From: Nageia nagi
Lineage: Eukaryota > Plantae > Pinophyta
Length of the DNA stretch: 64,000 bases
Assembly (NCBI GenBank): GCA_050084985.1
Contig: JBITNC010000001.1
Coordinates: forward strand, 71,300,001-71,364,000
Direction of reading: 5' to 3'
Position 1 is the first letter of the stretch. Each line of letters starts with the position of its first letter. Shown here piece after piece: positions 14,035 through 29,200 of the stretch. A program made the position numbers and the translations under genes. The notes below the pieces were generated by a model, which had not been told where the DNA came from, ran no database searches, and saw nothing but the letters and a program-made list of their open reading frames with translations.

Positions 14035-16066
14035 TGTTGAACTATGTGTGATACTAAGAGGGTGGGATAAATCAATATGAATTAAAACTTTAAACAACTA
14101 TAAAAAAATAAAATACATTCACAAAAGCATGCACTACATAACATAGGATTTATAGTGGAAACTCAATGTGGGAAAAACCATTATGCCAATGGAATGCTTG
14201 GAATCCCACCCAAATCTAGTTGTAAAATTAATTGGTCTTATAATATTTTCATAGCACCCATTGCAGAGAAAAGTACCAATAAACTTGATCTTTTGTAGCA
14301 CCAACCCCTATAGCCAAGTAGCCACTTGGCCTAATCTTCTGCAACACCAACTATAAGGATCACTAACCCCTATCGCCAATCACTCACTCAATGAACTCAA
14401 AATGTTGTAGTAAAAAATGTGATTACCATTCCAAATACCCTTAGTGGTCTAGCACAAACTCTTGTTTCATTCATCCTAACAGTCACAACCATACTACTTG
14501 TCTTACAACACATAACTTTCTTGCCACATTCATAATTTTTTATCTCCACAACGCTCTCTTAATTTCAAAAAGCTCACCCAAATTCTCTAAGCAACACTCT
14601 TTTATAAATAACTCTTTATTTTTGTAACACATATTTTATGTAACTTCTTTATGACACAATATTCTCATATGCCACCCACCAATTGTAACTCCTTAAGGTA
14701 ACTCTCATATTCTCACTTACCACTTGTCACCTACCAATTTTGTAAATCCTTATTTTGTAAGTCCTTTATGACACAATATTCTTATATGTTGCTTGTCATT
14801 TGTAACTCCTCATATGTAACTCCTCCATTTCGAACTCATATTTCACCTACCAAATATTCTTATAACACAAACATGCCACCTACTATTATTCTCTTATGTC
14901 ATTAATTGAATTAAATATATTTTCACAATTACACACTTGAATTAAAAATTTGGCAACTACCAAATATGAATTAGAGCATTTGAGAGCAAAAGTATCACAA
15001 AATGAAACTGTCTAAAACTAAAAAAAAGTGCTTTGGAGCCATTTTGCAATGCTCACAATTTTTGCATACAAATTTCGTTTGGACTAAAATTTAAAAATTA
15101 AGCTCTTGGTATATCCAAATACCTTAATTAAAAATTTTGATATCTAAATACTCATTTTTTACTTAATATTCCACTTGCAAAGTGGCATTTGGAGCTAATT
15201 TTGTAACAATCAAAACTAGAAAAAGTGAGAAATTGTCTTTTTGCAACTCATGCAATTTCTTCCTTAGGTGTCTATTTCACTTTAAATTTAAAAGTAGGCA
15301 CATCTTAGTACCAAATACCTCTAGTTAAAATTTAGTGATCTAAATCTTCATAGTTTTCTTAATATTCTACCTTTAAAGTAGCCTTCAAGGATAATCCCAA
15401 AATGTGCAAAATTATCCAAACAAGTACTAGCAATGCAAATGATTGGTCCAAACATAGAGCTGATACCTCAAACACCATGTTAAACTATTTCCACATATGC
15501 TTACATGTTCCACACTGATCCATCATGTCCGAGCACACACCAAAGTGAAATTGACCTATTTCACAAAAATTGCTAAGGGATCCAAAATAGTACCAACTTC
15601 CAACCAACATTGATCCAACACTACAACTTCACTTTCAACTAAAAAATGAAGCTTCAAATGATATTTTGGATCATCCAACACAATCCATTGGCATGCATGA
15701 GCAACATTTTTAAGAATTACACATCTTGATAACTTTTGCAAATTTTATAATTTTCACAACTTAGCAGCAACTTTTGAAATTTTGCAAGAATGGGCTGAAC
15801 CAACTTCACTCAAGTAGTGAACAAATCCACAAACATATAAAATATATCCACATAGATTCCAAACAACTTTTTGATAACTTTTGCAAGTTTTACAACATTT
15901 TGATAATTTTTCGATGACTTTTGCAAATTTGCACAAATCACTTGCCACAACTTCAATTGAGCATCAAACACATCCTTAACATCACTAAATACCTTTGTAC
16001 AAGTATATAACACTCCACTTTTATGCCAACTAGATCCCACTGAGTGTGTTGACAATAATGACAACA
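14035..16066 (-). mobile_element. Isolated ~2-kb LTR (probably Ty1/copia type)
   Basis: Termini tgttg...caaca. Degenerate actaagagggtgggataaatca and gtggaaactcaatgtgggaaaaacca motifs resemble plant copia LTR ends. Internal tandem sub-repeats at 14600-14900. No matching TSD seen. Confidence 0.6.
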
Positions 16067-18136
16067 TCATCGTTGCACCTTACTCAAGATTGGGATGCCC
16101 ATATTATCAGTCAAAAAATCAAGCTTGTTAGTAAATAAGATAAGTATAGTTAATACAAACTTAAATTTTATTAATTTTTTGGAAAACCTCAATATTACAT
16201 ATTACAAATCACTAGATTTGGTTGCCTTATGAAATGGCTTTTCTCAAATGCATGTATAATATAGGCTATTCAAGTATATGGATGGAAGGTCACCAGCAAC
16301 CCTTATCAAAACATTGGCAATTGAGGTGGAATGTTGATGCTTGATATCAAGTCATTGGTGTTTCTATAACTTTGAATTTTTTAATTTATTTGAATCACTC
16401 TTTGGTTCTATCTTTGACCATCTATGTCACAGATATCTCCAAATTTTGTTGCATCTCAACACCTATAGACCCTATACACTTACTCAAATAAAACATTAAA
16501 CATACCTGCACTTTTTAAAATCTTAACATAATGTAGTAAAAACATGTAACAGTAATAAAATCAAAATAAACCTTGCAATTGTTTGGTTCTATCCTCATTT
16601 TGATAGCATAATTTTACTTCAAATTTCCCAATCCTATTGTCTATTTTCTACAGATATTTATAGATTTTCTAATGGGTGCTTATGGAATTCTTTAAGGCTA
16701 GAAAAGGGGTGTCAAAGTTTATCACTAGCTCAAAATGGAGAATGGCTTGCACATCTAGTGCCAATGCAAGTAAGGACTAATCATTTCTATCCCTAGTTTC
16801 TCGAAGAAGATGAGACTTACAGTTCATCTTCTATTTTTTGTGTTTTGATTTTTTCATTATAGAGTTGTCGACGATCATAAGTGAACACCAACAACCTTTA
16901 TTGATCACCAATGATTATATCCTAATCATCAATGTTTTAAGTCTTTTGATTTTTTAATGTATAAGTGGATCGTATTTTGATGTTTACATTTTTCTCCTTT
17001 TTGAATTATTAATTGAATATGAGGTTAATAGTTCAAAAACATAAAATGAAAAGCTTTAATTATTATTTTATCTAATTATCTTTGAGGCTTTTTGCAATAG
17101 AAATTTTGACTCAATTTCTTATGTAAGTCAAAATTTTGATCTATCAAATTATGATAAAATGTGTTTTCATTTAACATTTGATGTGTTTTGAAAACAAATT
17201 TGGATATACTTTAGAAATAATTATTTTTGGTATGACAATGTGTTGAGCTTGTGTGATAGTTGCATGACATCTGTTATGTCATTTTGCATGTCTAAGCACA
17301 CATATACCATATAAGTATTTCTTTAGTATATGGGTTTTTGATGGTGTTGTCCTTTGTCTTGATAATAAAGTTTTAGGATAATCTTATGTAACAATGATTT
17401 ATCACATTTTACCATTTTTGATATTTACAAAATCAACAATATCTTAAGTATTATCAAAATATTTTGCGCACGAAGCTTAAGTTTCTTAGAAAAAATATAA
17501 TCATAACCCTTTTTTTATTAGGTTGCTAGTATTAGACTTAAAATGTTGGCATCTGTAAATGAATCATTGGCATCTATCAATGAATCATCAACATCCACTA
17601 TCTGATCATTGATGTTCCATGTCATAGAATTATAAAAAGAAAAGGTTTAGATTTCATTATTACTTTCTATCTTATTTGTCATTTTCTTATCTACTAGGTA
17701 TCGTTTATTCTGCATACTTTTTACTATGTTGTTAGTTATCGATATTTGATGAGACTCTCATGCCTCCATGTCATCGATCCATTGGTTTTTCTTGACATAT
17801 CCAAGAAGAGATAGGGTTTTAAACTAACCTTATTTTCTAATTTTTTCTTATATTTGATATTTTAACCATTTTGTTTTAATTTTTTAGCTATAAAATACAA
17901 TAATTAGGTACTTAAAATGTTTCCATAAAATTAGAATAAAATTTAGACTTTTCTTTTTATTTATTTAGATAAATTTTCAAACCCTTGATTGCGATCACTA
18001 GCTAGAGCCGAAGGGTTTTACAATCATCAATGTTTACATATCAGATGTTGGTGATTCTATAACACCAGCATTTGAACATCAATGTTTCATGTTGAATCAC
18101 CCATTTTTTTTAAAGTTAAGTTTTATGAATTTGTAG

Positions 18137-20150
18137 GTTCAAGATATTTTCGATCCTCATGGTAGATACCCTTGTATCATTCATGTGGGTAGGGAGTTTA
18201 TGGGTCTTGCTAATCACATGTTTTTCAATACGATTGGATTTGGCATGGGCCCATATATGGGTCACATTCATTGGGAGTACCCTTTATTGGTAGCTTTGTT
18301 AGATATATGGGATGCTCATACTTCAACCTTTCATCTCCCAACTGAGGAAATGATGATCATTATAGAGAACATTCAATTATATAAACTACCTATCCATGGT
18401 TAGAGGATATAGCATGTGGTAGATAGAGATGGAGCTTTGCCAATGATTTCATACCTTTATGGAGTAGCTAGAGATGATACTATTATTTTTGAGGTTATTT
18501 TTGGAGGGATCTGATACTAAGAATATTGGATGCAGGATCATATGGGGGCTATATATTTTTTGTATTTGATGGGATTAGTTCAGTGTTATGCTTTCCTAGA
18601 TACTGGTGGTGGGCAATTTCCATGGTCATTTTATTGATTATAGTAGATATGATGTAGCATGAAATAGTGTATGCTTGGGTGTCTACAATATTAGCTCAAA
18701 TTTATAGAGAACTATTCTTTTATTCTCAAGGGAATCTTGCCTCATTATTAGTTACTATCACTTTGTAGGCATGGGATTATGAGTATATTGCTATAGCTCA
18801 CCCTTCAAGCTTACTTATGGTTGGTTTTGGTAGCCATTTGGAGTATGAGGTAGGCATCATTAAATGGCATGATGATTTTTATATTCATCCATCAAATGGC
18901 ATTAGGTGAGATGTGGCCTATTACTGCTACATCCTAGCTTAGTTAGTTCTAGATCAAGTGAGGTTTAGACCTTATTATTTATATCTAGTTTGGGTTGAGC
19001 TTATAGGGGAGATTAATGGTATTCAATAGCCACATATATTGAGTGGCAAACAAATAGATTTTTTTGAGTTTTTTTAGTTTGGGAGAGTATGCCACCAGTT
19101 GGATTTAGTTCAAGATATTCCACCTTCATCAGTGCTATATCAGTGTGAGGGTAGCATCCTAATGGATGATGTTTAGTTTTTGGTGTATGTAGAACCAAAT
19201 CCTAATTAGGAGGAGGCATTGATTGAGGATGATACTTGGGTAGATGATATTGGCATCATTAAGGAGTTTAGAGCTTGGTGGCATATTGAGTTAGAGGGTG
19301 GTGATGATGATGGAGAGGGCATATGCATTGGTCAACATGTTGATTATATAGAGGAGGTGAGTGCAACCATAGGTGAGTTAGTAGCAAGTGAGGGAGAGGA
19401 AAGGATGATAGATGCTATTGAGGAGTTTATTTCAGAGGAGAGAGCAGTGAGTCAAAATGAGGGGGGAGTTTCCCTAGGTAGAGATGATGATAGAGATGAT
19501 ATCCCAATGACTTAGATTTCTAGTATTGTTACTTTACAAGGTGATATTTATGAGCTTAGATATTAGTTAGCACAAGCCAACTCATGTATGTATCGATATA
19601 GAGATGATAGGGATAGGTATTTCAGAGATAGGGATGAGGCTCGTATATCACTACAGGGAGCTTAGGCTCATCAGATGGGAGTAGGACCTACTCTTGGGGG
19701 TATAGAGAGTAGATCTTTAATATTTGTTCATGGCAATTATTAGTAGAGGGATTATTATAGTGCTATTATTCAGACTTGGTTGATAGGTGTACCAACATTT
19801 TCTCCTAGAGTATAGTATCCTATACCTCCATTGAGTTATATGATTTTTGACTTGTTTACATATCAAGCTGGCAATAATGCTTAAGGGAAAACAAGTTCTT
19901 TGGGTAGGAAGGTGAGATTAGGAGCCTATCCTAGTAGGGGTACTACACCTTGGGCATCCTCCAAGGGTATTGTGAGATTGTTAGAGTTACAAAGGGCTAC
20001 ATGAATAACCAATCCTATAGGGCCTATTGGTACTACTCCTCCTGGTCATGGCACTAGAGAGATAAGTAGATAGTAGAGAGATCATGGTAGTTCTTGAGGT
20101 TAGGGTAGTGGTTGGTGTAGTCCTCAAGGAGGATTTGGTGGTTGGGGTAG
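18137..20150 (+). pseudogene. Decayed plant mobile domain (PMD, aminotransferase-like; MAIN/MAIL1 family) ORF, retroelement-associated
   Basis: LLVALLDIWDAHTSTFHLPTEEMMIIIENI.QLYKLPIHG fits the PMD motif L..AL.ERW...T.TFHLP.GEMTITLEDV...LGLPI.G. A later segment reads YAWVSTILAQIYREL...L*AWDYEYI, followed by an acidic/coiled tail. Many stops. Confidence 0.8.
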
Positions 20151-21526
20151 TCCATGAGAATGCCCATATTGTATTTTTATCAAGATAATGAGATTGTATA
20201 CTTTATGAGATCATGTATTTTTATATGTTTATATTTTTTATGAGATGATTTAATTTGAGATGTTATGATTTGATATATTATATGATTGAGTAATTGATGA
20301 TATTTGGGATGATGTCATGTTTAGTTTTATATTGAAAGATAGGTATATGATGATATATTTTCTTATGATAATATATTCAAGTTAATGTAATGATGGTTTC
20401 ATATATTGAATGATGTTCAAATATTTTGATCCTATTATCATAATGGTTATATGAAATACTAGATAATGAAATTTTTGTAAATAAAATTTTGTAGGAATAT
20501 TTTAAGTATAATAGTATAGAATTAGATGCATCATTTTTCATTTCTTGGCTATGTATGTGTATAAATAAATATATGATAAGAAATGTTATACAAATATAGA
20601 AGATAACTAGAATAAAAAGATCACTTATCAATTTAAATAATAACAAAGATAATTTTATATTGGGATATATAGATAATACAGATAATATAACATGATTAAA
20701 GAAATAATCAATTAACTAGCTTTATCAATCTTTCTTTTACCTTCATTTATGTAGTTAGAGATGATATAAAACATAGTCATAGTATCAGAAGTTTATCTTG
20801 AACTCATGTGTGCATGGTGGTATTCATTTACTTCTTTAGACATCCATAAATTAAATGTTTTTAAAAGCATAGTTTAAAGTCAATTCTCCTTATGTGCATA
20901 TAGTGGTCCAAATTTCTTTATACATGTTGCCTCTTCATTAGGTATGCCACATTGCTAGACAGGCGTCCATAGCCTTGATGAGGATTAACCCCTAGATCCC
21001 ACTATAGCCTTACTCTATTACTAGTCAGGCATCCATAGCCCTGATAGAGGATACTACAATGACCCAAGCATATATTTTAGACTTCTTTTTTTGCCTTAGG
21101 TTTGGGATGAAACAAAATAATGGAAGAATATCTCCTTTAAAACTATACTTCAAAACATTCAATGTTTGTTTATTTTAATATTTTAAAAGTGAGAATAGTG
21201 TTTGAGTTCATGATATTCCAAATATATCAAACATTTTTATATATCATATTTAAATTGACTAAAATTTAGATATCAAATATCATAATAGAAGCTAGAATGA
21301 TGATGAATTTAAACAATATTATGTTAATCATTAATATGTGTACAAATGGTATATATGAATGGGGGAATATATAAATATAAATTGATAAGTGATTTAAATC
21401 ATTATAGTTTTCATCAAATAAGGATAGCATTCCCTAATTCAATAATGGGATATATATATATAGGGCAATGCATCCTATAGCCAAGACACTTCAAAATTAT
21501 ATATTTTTAAGTATAAATAATACATA

Positions 21527-21548
21527 TGTGTGTGTGTGTGTGTGTGTG
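21527..21548. repeat. (TG)11 microsatellite
   Basis: Direct reading of the sequence. Confidence 0.95.
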
Positions 21549-23204
21549 TATTTAGAATCACTAAGTCCTTCAAATATTATGGGATTATCTTTTAACAATG
21601 TTCCAACCTCATTGTTTCAAAACATAATAATATGGAGGTTTCAATCGAAGATAATATGACCCTATTCCAAGAATGGATGGTTGATGTCTGGGTGGATAAA
21701 TAATTAATGGAGGTGAAAATACTTGAAATACTTTTGGTTTTGATTTAAACTTTTAGATAACTCTTTGTTTTATGGATGACTCTAAATATTGTTCACCAAT
21801 ATTAAAAAATTGAGTAGGTGATGTTGTACTTGATTATGCACAATAATGGAAACACAAAAATAATGATGAACATGGTTGTACATTCTTGATGAGTTTATCC
21901 ATGTAATCCTTTTCAATATGTGTAGGAAAAACTTCATGTTTTATTTTCTTTCATAAATTAATTCATTGAAGCATCCTTTTAAATCTTAATTTTGTATTTA
22001 TAGCATTATTGATACAACATGTTTTACTAAAATGTGAAGTGTAATCACATATAATATCATGATTGGGGATTGTAGAAGTATTATACTAAATTACTAAGTC
22101 ATTGATAACATCAGTAAGTGATATGATTCATTCCTAATACTTTATGTTCACATGATCAACATAATTCAAGGAAATTTTAGGTCTTTGATAAGGCTAATGT
22201 ATACAAAACAAATGAATTAAACTCATTTCTAACTCTAATTCTATCTACATTTCTTTGGCATCTATTTCAATAGTTACTTTATACATTATGTTTTAATACC
22301 CAAGCTTTAGATTTCGATCATTGTAATAAGACATGGCTATTTTCTCTTGTATTTCCATAGGTAATGAAAACACATGAGACATAACTTTACATGGGTTTCT
22401 TTGTAGCATTTTTACATATTTATCATAATGATATTTTTCAATGAAATGTGGATTGGATTAATCAATTTGAACTTGTGGAAGATGAGTTTGTAATATTTTC
22501 AAAGGTAATTGTCATGTTAAACTTTTGCATGGAGGTGATGAACAAAATCTTGAATTCATATGAGAAAAGTGACAATTAATTTTTTGAATTAGCTCTTCAG
22601 ATCATCTTGGAGTTGGGACAAATAAAGTGGTGAAATCATAGATCATTTTATGATGATTAAGATCTCCTACAATTTGACTTACCCAATTAAAAAGAAGATC
22701 TAAATTTTATAGAGTGTGATATGCTATGTTCAAAACCCAATTATTGAAAGTACAATCAAGGATCAATCATGATGAGGACATAGGCCAACAAAAACATATT
22801 AGATTTATCTTTCCAACTTGATCATGATAATGCATTAAATCAACAAAATACATGGATTTGTCAATGTAAATATTGATATCATCTCCTTTATTGTCTATTC
22901 TCCATCCATCATATGGATTAGATTGATTTTTTAATACTATTAGTTTTTGTATATAAATAGGTAAATGCAAGAAATTTCTCATTTCAGAAGTAATATTTTG
23001 TGTTACACACATGATAGCTCTACCTCCTAGATATCAAGATTTTACATACCAAGGTAGCTATTGAAGTCCTCTTCTATTATCCATTACATGGATAGTATTT
23101 GATTGTTTAAAATCCATCTACCAATACATTAATATATATATCAATTTCATCATTTTTTTAACATACAAAACATGTATATAACTATTTACAAAGAGAAAAT
23201 GTTT

Positions 23205-26200
23205 TTTCTAACTATACTATGGTCAAATATGTATGATGTTTATGGATTCATGCTCTTCATTTCCTTCCATATCAGCCAAATGATATGCCCCATAACCATA
23301 TTTTTTCTTGATTATGTAAGGTCCTAACCAATTTGGAGTAAATTTATCATGTAATTGGCATTCCATATGAGATGTTTTTTTATTTTTTTTTAAAACTAAA
23401 TCCCCTATATTAAATTCATGTATCTTAACTTTCTTATCAAATCCTTGTTTGATACATTCTTGGTATACATGCATATGTTCTAATGCATGGACTCATTTTT
23501 TATCTAAAAGTAATAATTGATCTAATCTTACTTGTCTTGCTACTTCATTAGTTCTATAGTCTTGTAAAGCAATTCATAAATAAGTAATTTCTATCTCTTA
23601 TGAACCATAACCAAGTAAAATGGGGTTTCCCTAGTTGGTATTCTAATGCTTGCACGGTATGACCATAAAGCATGTGGAATTCGAAGATGCCAATCTTTAT
23701 GAGAATCATTAATAGTTTTAACTAGAATACTTCAAATGGTTTTATTTGTAGCCTCAACTTGACCATTACCTTGAGGATAATATGGTGTTGAAAAGATAAC
23801 TCATATGTGATATGCTTTACATAATGCTTCTACTTCTTTATTTTTAAAATTTTTTCCATTATCAATAACAATTTGAGCAAGAATGCCAAATCAACAGATA
23901 AAATGATGAGGTATGAATTTTGTTATTTTAGGACCTTTTGTTGAAATCATGGGTATAGCTTCAACCCATTTTTTAAAATATTCAGTAGTTGTTATAATAA
24001 ATTTATGACCTCATGATGATGTAGGGAATATTTGTCCTATGAGTTCTAAGGCCCATCATGAAAATGGCCACAAAGATTGCATTGGTTGTAGCGCTTGCGA
24101 AGGTTGAACAAAAAGGTGAGCATGCTATTGACACTTAATGTATTTTTTAACATAATTAATACAATCACATTCCATTGTAGGCCAATAATATCCCATGCAT
24201 ATAAACATTTTATAATAGTAGGTCCACTAAAATGTCCTTTGCATATTCCATCATATGCAAATGAAATTGCAATTTGTGAATTAGGCCATTCTAAACAATG
24301 CAATAATATACCATCAAATCCTCTTCAATATAGTATATCACCTAACATGTAATAATAAAATGCTCATAATTTAAAAGCTTTCATAGCTAATTTTGTTAAA
24401 TCTTTAAGTAAAACTCCATCTCTTAAAAATTTAACTAATTAGTTATACAATAGATTTTTTTCTTCTATTGTGATGTCCAAAACATCATATGTTTTATCAT
24501 CTATTTCTAAATCAGAATCTAATATTTATACTATTTCAATGTGAATGTTTCAATGGTGTGGATTTTGAGGTATTAATGATCCAATTGATGCCATAGCATC
24601 AACAAATCTATTATTTGATCTAGGAGTTGCTTGAATTTCATATTTTGTCAATAAAAATAATAAATTTTTAACTATTTGTTTATATTTTTGAAGTAAAGGT
24701 TCTTTACATTGAAATATTCTTTTAATTTGATTTACAATTAATAATGAATCTCTAATGAATTTTACTTTTCGTAGTTTTAATTATAGAGCAATCTTAATAG
24801 CTAATATTAAGGCCTCATATTTAGCATTATTATTTGTACAAGGAAAATCTAATTTGAATGAGTATGAAATTGGTATTCCTTGAGGAGTGACAAATATAAC
24901 ACCTACTCCACCTCCCTTTTCAAACTTAGATCCATCAAAATGTATTATCATATCCCATTCTTCTTCCAATTCTGTTGGTAAGTCAACATTGTCTAATTGA
25001 AGTATGTGTTCATCAAGAAATTCTATGATAAGGGGATTATCATCTTGTAAAGGTGCTTCTGATAAATAATTAGCTATAACTTGACCTCTAATGGATTTTT
25101 TAATGATGAATTGTATATCAAATTCAATTAAATACATGATCCATTTTGATGTTCTTGTATTTTGGTAAGTTTTATTCATTATTTATTTAAGAGGATCAGC
25201 TTTTGCAATAACATAAGTAGTATGGTTTAACATGTAATGCCTAAGTTTTTTTGTTGCAAAAATGAGGCTAAACATAGTTTTTCCATATGTACATACTTAA
25301 TTTCATAATCCACTAGTGTTTGACTAAGGTAATATATGGCTTGCTCTTTGTTATGTTCATTCTTTTGAGCAAGCATAATACCTAATACATTTTTTGTTGC
25401 TAATGAATAGAGAAAAATGGTTCATTTGCTCGTGGAGGAATTAATACTAGTGGTGTTAATAAATATTATTTAATTTCATCCAAAGCTTCTTATTATTCTT
25501 TACCCCAATGAAAAATGGTTCCCTTTTTTAACAATTTAGTAAAAGTTTTATATTTATCTAGCAATTGTGAAATAAAACATCTGATTGCTTGTTATTTTCC
25601 TTGCAAACTTTGCAATTGTTTAATATTGGAAGGAGGAGGCATGTATGTTATTACTTTAATTTTATTAGGATCTATTTCAATTCCTCATCGAGATACAATG
25701 AATCCTAATAATTTTTCTGAAGTTACTCCAAAAACCCATTTCTTTGGGTTAAGATGAACATTAAATTCTAACAATCTATCACATATTTTTATCAATATTT
25801 TAGGATCTTGTTCTCTTATTTTAGACTTAGCCAATAAGTCATCAATGTAATATTCTATGATATCATGCATAAAATCATAAAATATGTATGTCATTGCTCT
25901 TTGATATGTTGCTCCAGCATTTTTAAGACCAAAGGGCATTACTTTATTACAAAAGGTTCCCCATGGTGTTATAAATACAGTTTTATGTTAGTCTTCGAAA
26001 GCAACTTTTATTTGATTATAACCAAAAAATCCATCCATAAGTAAAATCATTACATGTATTTTTTGGTATCCACTAAGTTATCTATATTGGGAAGTGGGAG
26101 ATCATCTTTAGTACATGCTTTATTTAAATCCCTAAAATCGGTACAGATAGAAATTTTTCCATTTGGTTTATTTATAGGAACCATATTTGAAATCCATTCT

Positions 26201-29200
26201 AAATAATCAATTGGTTATATAAATTTGGCATCTAATAATGTTTGTAATTCTTCTTTTACCATCAAGGCTATTGTAGGATTCATTTTTCGTAACTTTTACT
26301 TAATAGGTTTAACATCATATTTGAGACCTAGATTGTGAACAACTATAATGGTAGCTATACTAGGCATATCTTCATATGTCCATGCAAATATGGCCTATTT
26401 TTCTTTCAAAATAGATATAAATAACTTTTTATCTTCCTCTATTAAAGATTTTCCTAACTAAATAATTTTAAGCTTAGTAGAATCATCATTAATATTGACA
26501 TCAATATTTTCTTTAATTACTATATGTGATCCTTCTTCTAATTGACTAGGTACAGGGATCTAAGTTTTATCACTTAAATCATATTCTTCTGCTTCTCCAA
26601 TATTGCTTTCAATCAAAGTTGAATTTACTTTTACTTTGGATTACAGAGATATAGGTTTTATAATTTCAATGTTGATTTGTTCAATTTGAACCATATTGAT
26701 TGATATATCATTATTAAATAAATAATTAGGTATCAACTTATCAAATGTACTATCATCATTTGATTTTAATAGATGATAGAGGTAAAGAGATTCTTCATAT
26801 GTGAGATTTTTAGATTGTAATTCTATCATGTTTTTATTTGAATTATATTTTTTTTTGCTCTTATATCCTAATCCTATCTTATTTGTAGGCATTTGATAAT
26901 ATATGTCTATTACATGTTGTGGGCCTTATTCATATTGTCCTAATCTATACCCTTTCCAATGACATTTATCAAAATATCTTTGAACAAAAGATCGCACATA
27001 GGGTGAAAAATAGTCTAAGGAATTACAAAATGGTTCTTTACTAATTTTTGGAATAGGTTGTTCATTAGGTTTATCAATTCTTGCATATACAAATAATGTT
27101 CAATTAGGTTTTTCTCCTAGTGAAACAAGTTGTCCTACAACACTTGATTCTTGATAAGGTCATCCAATCTCTTGAGCAATGGGAATATTAAATATTACAT
27201 CATTAATATCATATTCTCTAATACTTAGATCAAAAAACTTAGTCATTGTATGAAGAATTTCATTTAATCTATCCTGCAACAATTTCTCTTGAGATGAAAC
27301 TACCATCTCACTAGTTTTAGATGAAGAAGCATCATACAACATGTTTAATATTTGTGTTTGATTTTTCTAGGATTCTTTTTCTTACGGATTTAAACTATTT
27401 AATTCAAAAAATAAATAACTTATTTCTAGACTATCCATTACTTGCTTTTGTTTTTCTTGTTTTAACATATTTTGTTTATCATTATCTTTAGAAGATTTCG
27501 ATAAAGATGTCATAAAGAAATAAGTGGAAGGTAGAGTGATCTCATCAGGAATTCCTACAGTGTTACAATGTGAATATGGATTATGATTTTCAAGGAAACA
27601 ATGTAATATTCTATTATCTATGTATTTTAAACAATTATGATATGTTTAAGGAACACATTGTATGTCTTTAATCCAAGGTCTTCCTAAGAGGATATTGTAT
27701 TGTGTAATATCCCCTTCAATGACCTATAACACAATTTGAATTATTTTTGATGCAACTATAATAGGTATAGATATTGATCCAATTGTTGGACATAAGGCAT
27801 CATTAAAGGCTTTTAATTGTAAATTTGGTGCTTTAATATGTGAAAATGGACTATTTAGATTTTGGAAAGCAGTTGTTGATATAATATTTATTATAGATCC
27901 TTTATCAATTAAGACTCATTTAAACATCTTTCCATCAATATTTACTAGAACATGCAATGGTTGATAAATTATAGATGAATTTTTCCAATGTTTTATTTCA
28001 TGATCATAAAATGTAATCATTGGTTTTTTAATTTGTTTGATGTTACCTACAAGAGTAGCAAAAATTTCAAGATCATTAATATCTAACTCAATTTTTTGTA
28101 AAATATGATTCATCGCATCTCGATGATCTTTTGATTATTGTAACAAATCAAATAAGGATAATTTAACTTGTGATATTTTTAATTGTTGTTGTAATGATCC
28201 TTTGATTGACACTTTAGGATGTGAGGTCTTGGTATTTATGGCATTAGATTTTGTTGATTCATTGTTGTATTTTGTTTATTTTAACTTTTTTATGCTCTTA
28301 TGGCAACACTAATCATAGAAATATACCCTATGTAATTTGGATAATATTTATGTGTTACTTGATTTGTATTCAATGAAATATTATTTGTATGATGTGGAGG
28401 GGGATTTTGATAAATACCTAATTCTTTATTAGGGTTTGGCAAAGCAGTATCTACCTGTAATTTTTTCTCATTAATTAAATCTTAGATCACATGTTTCAAT
28501 GAACGACATTGATTTGTATCATGACCCTTTTGTTGATGATAATTACAAAATTCATTTTCTCTATACCATTTAGTATTTTTATTTCATATTTCATCTGATC
28601 TAAGTCCAAGTAATATTATTAAATTATGATCTAATATTTTCTTTAAAATATCTTGAAGAGGTTCAGATAAAGGTGTAAAATTCCTAGGAGATCTTGTATC
28701 TCTTTCAAATTTTGGTTTCATTTTGGCTCTTCATATTTTTTTAAGGTTGGCTTGAGTTTTTCTTCTTTTTGGATAGATAGTTTATTAGGTGACATCACCT
28801 TATTTGTTTGTGTCTTAATTTTTATATATCCTTCTCATTTTTTACCTTTTATTTTGCCATATTGAATTTTAACTCGTTCGATTACAACTGCCTAAGAGAT
28901 AACATCTTCAAATATTTTATGTTGTTGCATAAGTAACATGCTACCTATAGGTCTTAAGCTACTTTGAATAAATAATTTTACTAATTCTTCTTGAGGTAAT
29001 GTATAAGACATGCTTGTCAAAATTGCTTGTCATTACGAAATGAAATCATTTATTGATTCATTAGGAAATTGTTGTAATCTTGTTAGAACAATAATAGAAG
29101 TTTTATCTTTAATATTAATCTTGAAATGTTGAAGATAAAGGTTTTCCAAATGAGAATAAGTTTTAATACTATATTATAGCAAATTATTGTACCAATCCAT

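Noticed and set aside
14035-16066. Clean solo LTR formed by intra-element recombination
   Set aside because: Flanking 5-mers (ttggg versus tcatc) do not match, so it is reported only as an isolated LTR.
20955-21055. Two ~65-bp-spaced repeats containing ttgatgag/ctgatagag (hammerhead- or CRISPR-like)
   Set aside because: Only two degenerate copies, no correctly placed GAAA core and no cas genes. It fits tandem repeats in a retroelement 3' region.
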